A DNA stretch of 64,000 nucleotides from Laetmonice hystrix (taxonomy: Eukaryota): NCBI GenBank assembly GCA_965235115.1, contig OZ249436.1:15068001-15132000 (forward strand), in the 5' to 3' direction. The translations under genes were made by a program, and so were the position numbers. Positions 63,201-64,000 of this stretch are shown one piece after another (position 1 is the stretch's first letter; each line of letters starts with the position of its first letter). The notes below the pieces were generated by a model. That model was not told where the DNA came from. It saw only the letters and a program-made list of their open reading frames with translations, and made no database searches.

Positions 63201-63711
63201 CATTGAGCACCTGGATCAGGTGTGGGTGCTGTGTTGGAACGGTGAGACTAGCGGCGGGTCAAAGACGGTGGTCGTCATCCGACAGGCGTCGGAGGAGATG
63301 CAACACCACACTGTCCACACCCAGCCTATAGCCAACAGGTTTGACCTGGTCAGTGTATGCTACACTTCATCCAGTTGGTGTGAAAGGCCATTCAAGTCAA
63401 AACTAATCAAGTGAATGAACAATTCAGTTATGGAATTGTCAGATCCCTTTCCCCGTAGGATGATTTTAGTTTAAGATATGAATATCTAACCGAATTGTCC
63501 CGAGTTATTCATCTCTCGTTTCGTTGCCAGGTGAAAGATATGTTCCTGCCGCCCAACAACGATCTACAGCACAAGTTCCCTTACGGCTACGTGGTGCACA
63601 TGGAGCAGAGTGGTCTCTACAAGCTGGACCTGGCCACCATGAAATACATCAAGAACATTGACCTTAGCAAGTACAACTGTGTGCCAAAGTCGGCCACATT
63701 CATCCCAATGG
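384..63711 (+). CDS. FSTL5: Follistatin-related protein 4/5-like gene, spliced, 3'-partial. Exons: 384-461, 17134-17422, 19977-20294, 21948-22094, 43919-44146, 55614-55886, 57051-57254, 60737-60897, 61615-61732, 62041-62205, 62383-62529, 62756-63033, 63163-63348, 63531-63711
   Basis: Exons with AG/GT boundaries and matching phases join into one frame. Domain order (signal peptide, FOLN/Kazal, EF-hands, Ig, Ig, beta-propeller-type region) is diagnostic of the FSTL4/FSTL5 family. FSTL4 vs FSTL5 cannot be distinguished (probably a co-ortholog). Exons 3-4 are less certain than the rest. Confidence 0.9.
779..926. mobile_element. Palindromic MITE (~150 bp), PIF/Harbinger-like ends
   Basis: GGCCCAGACACAGAGACCGATATAGGCCTATACGGCCG... 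pairs with ...CGGCCGTATAGGCCTATATCGGTCTGTGTATTTGGGCC across nearly the full length. TTA follows the right end. The left end is obscured by a short duplication (gcccagacacag). Confidence 0.7.
1777..1853. mobile_element. Degenerate short CAG..CTG MITE remnant
   Basis: CAGTGGCGGATAC ... GGATCCACCCTG, imperfect inverted ends resembling the element at 9523. Confidence 0.3.
6903..7061. mobile_element. PIF/Harbinger-like MITE (159 bp)
   Basis: TIRs GGCCAGTTTCACACTG / CAGTGTGAACATGCCC (13/16), flanked by TTA and CTA. Internal CCCGGG-type short palindromes. Confidence 0.6.
9523..9662. mobile_element. MITE with CAGGCRCGGATCC termini (hAT-like)
   Basis: CAGGCACGGATCC ... GGATCCGCGCCTG (12/13). Flanks form a near-duplication (GAGGAATC / GAGGAGTC counting the terminal bases). 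G-run inside the left end. Confidence 0.7.
11085..12260. repeat. Degenerate GGAGTTGACCGTG-type tandem array (about 11085-11170 and 12085-12260) interrupted by the transposon above
   Basis: Repeated gagttgaccgtg/gagtcgaccgtg variants on both sides of the insertion. Confidence 0.55.
11472..12079. mobile_element. Non-autonomous DNA transposon with perfect 20-bp TIRs and TACGA/TCGTA-rich interior; related sequence extends left to about 11176
   Basis: CTTTCCCACATTCCCGAATT at 11472-11491 and its exact reverse complement at 12060-12079. Dense ACGA/TCGT repeats in both orientations between 11210 and 12050. No transposase ORF. Confidence 0.7.
17134..17422 (+). CDS. FSTL5: FSTL4/5-like exon 2: acidic D/E-rich region (RVHSHLHAKIFRQELVPD...DSSEDDEDDEDEDEDDSEDESLEE...EDSQ)
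   Basis: Acceptor ctgtgttacag|AGA (phase 0), donor CAAG|gtaagt (phase 1). GC-rich, coding-like sequence within an AT-rich intron. Confidence 0.8.
19977..20294 (+). CDS. FSTL5: FSTL4/5-like exon 3 (probable, possibly alternative): Glu-rich low-complexity segment (ELPFPTQSQGDQQGDLLTEQEEEEQEEEEEEEGKEEEGSEG...SFKEK)
   Basis: Strong polypyrimidine acceptor ttcgtccccttgtctcttccctatag|AG. Open frame of 318 nt, donor AAAG|gtaggc, phase 1-1 fits neighbours. Confidence 0.65.
21948..22094 (+). CDS. FSTL5: FSTL4/5-like exon 4 (probable; donor uncertain, alternative end 22133): DCANRQLGEDECFPCEDIKAFKENRAVTVNRTVVRFTETVSKEEPPQEL
   Basis: Acceptor gcgtttccttttcctag|AC in phase 1, open frame. Two weak phase-1 donors (G|gtactg after 22094; T|gtaggc after 22133). 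Confidence 0.5.
26537..26697. repeat. (CT)n compound microsatellite
   Basis: Direct reading; produces spurious SL-rich ORFs. Confidence 0.95.
26984..26997 (-). promoter_or_regulatory. Candidate CTCF-binding motif
   Basis: GCGCCACCTACTGG is the exact reverse complement of the core consensus CCASYAGRKGGCRS. Motif match only; binding not shown. Confidence 0.4.
28544..28703. mobile_element. MITE with CAGGGTTTCCTG termini (160 bp)
   Basis: CAGGGTTTCCTGCAG / CTCCAGGAAACCCTG (14/15). GTGG on both flanks. Homopolymer-rich interior. A similar left end (gtttcctgcaggcc followed by T/C/A runs) occurs near 15650. Confidence 0.7.
32842..33692. mobile_element. Tc1/mariner-like non-autonomous element (851 bp) with ~190-bp imperfect TIRs and TA target-site duplication
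   Basis: TA|TCGGGTGGATAAAAAAAAACGCCCCGAACTTTAAACTT ... AAGTTTAAAGTTCGGGGCGTTTTTTTTTATCCACCCGA|TA. Inverted similarity continues to about 33036/33497. No coding capacity. Confidence 0.85.
36270..36418. mobile_element. Palindromic MITE (~150 bp), Harbinger-like GGGCCCCGTTTCAC end
   Basis: GCCCCGTTTCACTAAGCGGGCGACGTCGCCAAATGAGACG pairs with CGTCTCATTTGTCGATGTCGCCTGCTTAGTGAAACGGGGC; arms about 50 bp. Confidence 0.75.
37976..38375. mobile_element. TTAA-flanked MITE (400 bp) with ~135-bp imperfect TIRs, Kolobok-like
   Basis: TTAA|AACTATTCACAATTATCTCTTA... and ...TAAGAGATAATCGTGAATGACT|TTAA. Inverted similarity extends through ggctgttaggttagataag / cttatctaacctaacagcc to about 38110/38240. TTAA TSD with purine-purine termini fits Kolobok rather than piggyBac (CCY). 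Confidence 0.8.
38419..38472. repeat. 14-bp tandem repeat CCCATTGTTTTAAT, 3 copies plus one degenerate
   Basis: Direct reading. Confidence 0.85.
43919..44146 (+). CDS. FSTL5: FSTL4/5-like exon 5: follistatin N-terminal + Kazal domain (DLCASVYCHYGRVCEKGLCVCAGSDYCAGHNKAVCGTDGVTYPSHCELHRMACVNGQHIGIDHSGKRC)
   Basis: Ten-cysteine follistatin module with Kazal signature VCGTDGxTYxSxCELxxxAC. Acceptor ttgtcattgcag|AT, donor ACG|gtaggt, phase 1-1. Confidence 0.95.
48048..48205. repeat. (CT)n microsatellite
   Basis: Direct reading; produces spurious RE-repeat ORFs on the minus strand. Confidence 0.95.
53497..54344. repeat. 42-bp minisatellite GTAGATCGGTTGTGGGCACACATATAGTATGTGTTAGATTAC, about 20 units including shortened variants
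   Basis: Direct reading; near-identical head-to-tail units with no unique spacers. Confidence 0.95.
54711..54939. mobile_element. PIF/Harbinger (Tourist-like) MITE, 229 bp, TTA target-site duplication
   Basis: TTA|GGGGCCGACCATTTAACTTTGATG ... CATCAAAGTTAAATGGTCCGCCCC|TTA (23/24), with G-run and C-run continuing the TIR. Confidence 0.85.
55614..55886 (+). CDS. FSTL5: FSTL4/5-like exon 6: linker and helical start of the EF-hand domain (EPKEETFLFEDQVQK...PCTEPEYEHLKSNLMQYHCARIGEPDCTSNSP)
   Basis: Acceptor atattttcag|AG, donor CGC|gtgagt, phase 1-1. CTxxEYxxLKxxL resembles the helix preceding the EF-hands in FSTL proteins. Confidence 0.85.
57051..57254 (+). CDS. FSTL5: FSTL4/5-like exon 7: EF-hand pair (MFNYYDRNNNQALDEAEL...DLQEDGNITLPEFYSAF)
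   Basis: Two EF-hand-like loops (DRNNNQALDEAE; DLQEDGNITLPE). Acceptor ttcaacag|GA, donor TCA|gtgagt. Confidence 0.93.
57717..58312. repeat. 54-bp minisatellite AAAGTAAGGTGTCTAAACAAACCATGGKACCAGGAAAGATGGCGTTGTGTTCGG (about 10 cores), first units with an 82-bp period
   Basis: Direct reading. Unit length is a multiple of 3, which explains the 18-aa repeat ORFs on both strands. Confidence 0.95.
60737..60897 (+). CDS. FSTL5: FSTL4/5-like exon 8: first half of Ig domain 1 (VTAGNSIELKCDIKGAVEIIWKRN)
   Basis: Ig B-strand Cys and C-strand Trp. Acceptor taacag|GA, donor AAG|gtacgc, phase 1-0. Confidence 0.92.
60938..61447. mobile_element. Kolobok-like non-autonomous element (510 bp) in the intron splitting Ig domain 1
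   Basis: TTAA|AGGAACTATGTCACG ... CGTGACATATTATACCT|TTA[GGCCTA]A. Short imperfect TIRs, AG..CT termini, TTAA TSD with the right copy interrupted. Confidence 0.6.
61615..61732 (+). CDS. FSTL5: FSTL4/5-like exon 9: second half of Ig domain 1 (TFDDGSLYISNLGLHHMGNYTCQDRYNEHVIQTHILRVQ); absent from the ORF track
   Basis: Translated by hand. DDGSLYI and HMGNYTC are characteristic FSTL4/5 Ig1 motifs. Acceptor ttatttttcag|ACG, donor AGT|gtaagc, phase 0-1. Confidence 0.93.
62041..62205 (+). CDS. FSTL5: FSTL4/5-like exon 10: first half of Ig domain 2 (APRVRVSPSTQFHTSGSSVTLKCHADGVPEPEVMWEMN)
   Basis: I-set motif LxCxAxGxPxPxVxW. Acceptor catacag|TG, donor TGC|gtgagt. Confidence 0.93.
62383..62529 (+). 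CDS. FSTL5: FSTL4/5-like exon 11: second half of Ig domain 2 (NNATLEIRQAVYTKDTGAYKCKARNSAGQGQDIATVFIE)
   Basis: Translated by hand. DTGxYxCxAxNxAG I-set motif. Acceptor tcttcccacag|AT, donor CAA|gtaagt, phase 1-1. Confidence 0.93.
62756..63033 (+). CDS. FSTL5: FSTL4/5-like exon 12: start of C-terminal beta-propeller region (FLVFHDKGYTAYEPTHC...[29 protein letters not shown])
   Basis: CxWxxAVNVxxKxIYxxQPxLxRVxV motif typical of FSTL4/5. Acceptor ttgtttgcag|GC, donor GAG|gtcagt. Confidence 0.93.
63163..63348 (+). CDS. FSTL5: FSTL4/5-like exon 13: beta-propeller (VIPTDKVPVSVHYIEHLDQVWVLCWNG...HHTVHTQPIANRFDL)
   Basis: TDxVPVxxxY...DQVWVLxW and HHTxHTQP motifs of FSTL4/5. Acceptor gtgtctgcag|GTG, donor CTG|gtcagt, phase 0-0. 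Confidence 0.93.
63531..63711 (+). CDS. FSTL5: FSTL4/5-like exon 14: beta-propeller (VKDMFLPP...YGYVVHMEQSGLYKLDLATMKYIKNIDLSKYNCVPKS); gene continues past the window
   Basis: KxDLxTMxYIKxIxLxxYxCVP motif of FSTL4/5. Acceptor tcgttgccag|GTG, donor TGG|gtaagt. No stop codon reached. Confidence 0.93.
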
Positions 63712-64000
63712 GTAAGTTTGTGGATGGTGGCAATATTTCCCGGAGGATTTCGTTCTTCGTGTTGTATTAGATTAGATGGTATTTATTTTGTCCTCGTCAT
63801 ATTTTACCTCATAATGAGAAACAAACATTTGATGACAGCATGTATCATGTGCACCCGTCCTCGGAGGACCGATCAGTCACTGTGTACGCAGTGGAAACTA
63901 CTAAGTTCTCTACACCCAGTCGGCCATGTATTATATTATTATATTATTATAGGCCTACTACATATGTATTATGTGTAGCCCTATATTCGTTGGCTGTATG

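Overview
Eukaryotic (animal, most plausibly a marine invertebrate; taxon cannot be fixed from sequence) genomic DNA with no prokaryotic features. The whole window is one + strand, multi-exon gene for a secreted follistatin-like 4/5 (FSTL4/FSTL5) family protein. I resolved 14 coding exons from 384 to 63711 with GT-AG boundaries and mutually consistent phases (about 924 aa). Order: signal peptide, an unusually long D/E-rich N-terminal extension, follistatin/Kazal domain, EF-hand pair, two Ig domains, then the start of the C-terminal beta-propeller, which runs off the right edge. The large 5' introns hold non-autonomous DNA-transposon (MITE-like) elements of several classes (TA, TTAA and TWA target sites; CAG..CTG ends), two minisatellites and CT microsatellites. 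The most striking non-genic signal is a strong excess of 8-bp palindromes TA-xy-y'x'-TA (TAGGCCTA, TACATGTA, TACCGGTA, TACTAGTA). Two sites show such a motif was inserted secondarily at a TA, consistent with pervasive transposon-excision footprints. Most short ORFs in the track are non-coding noise.
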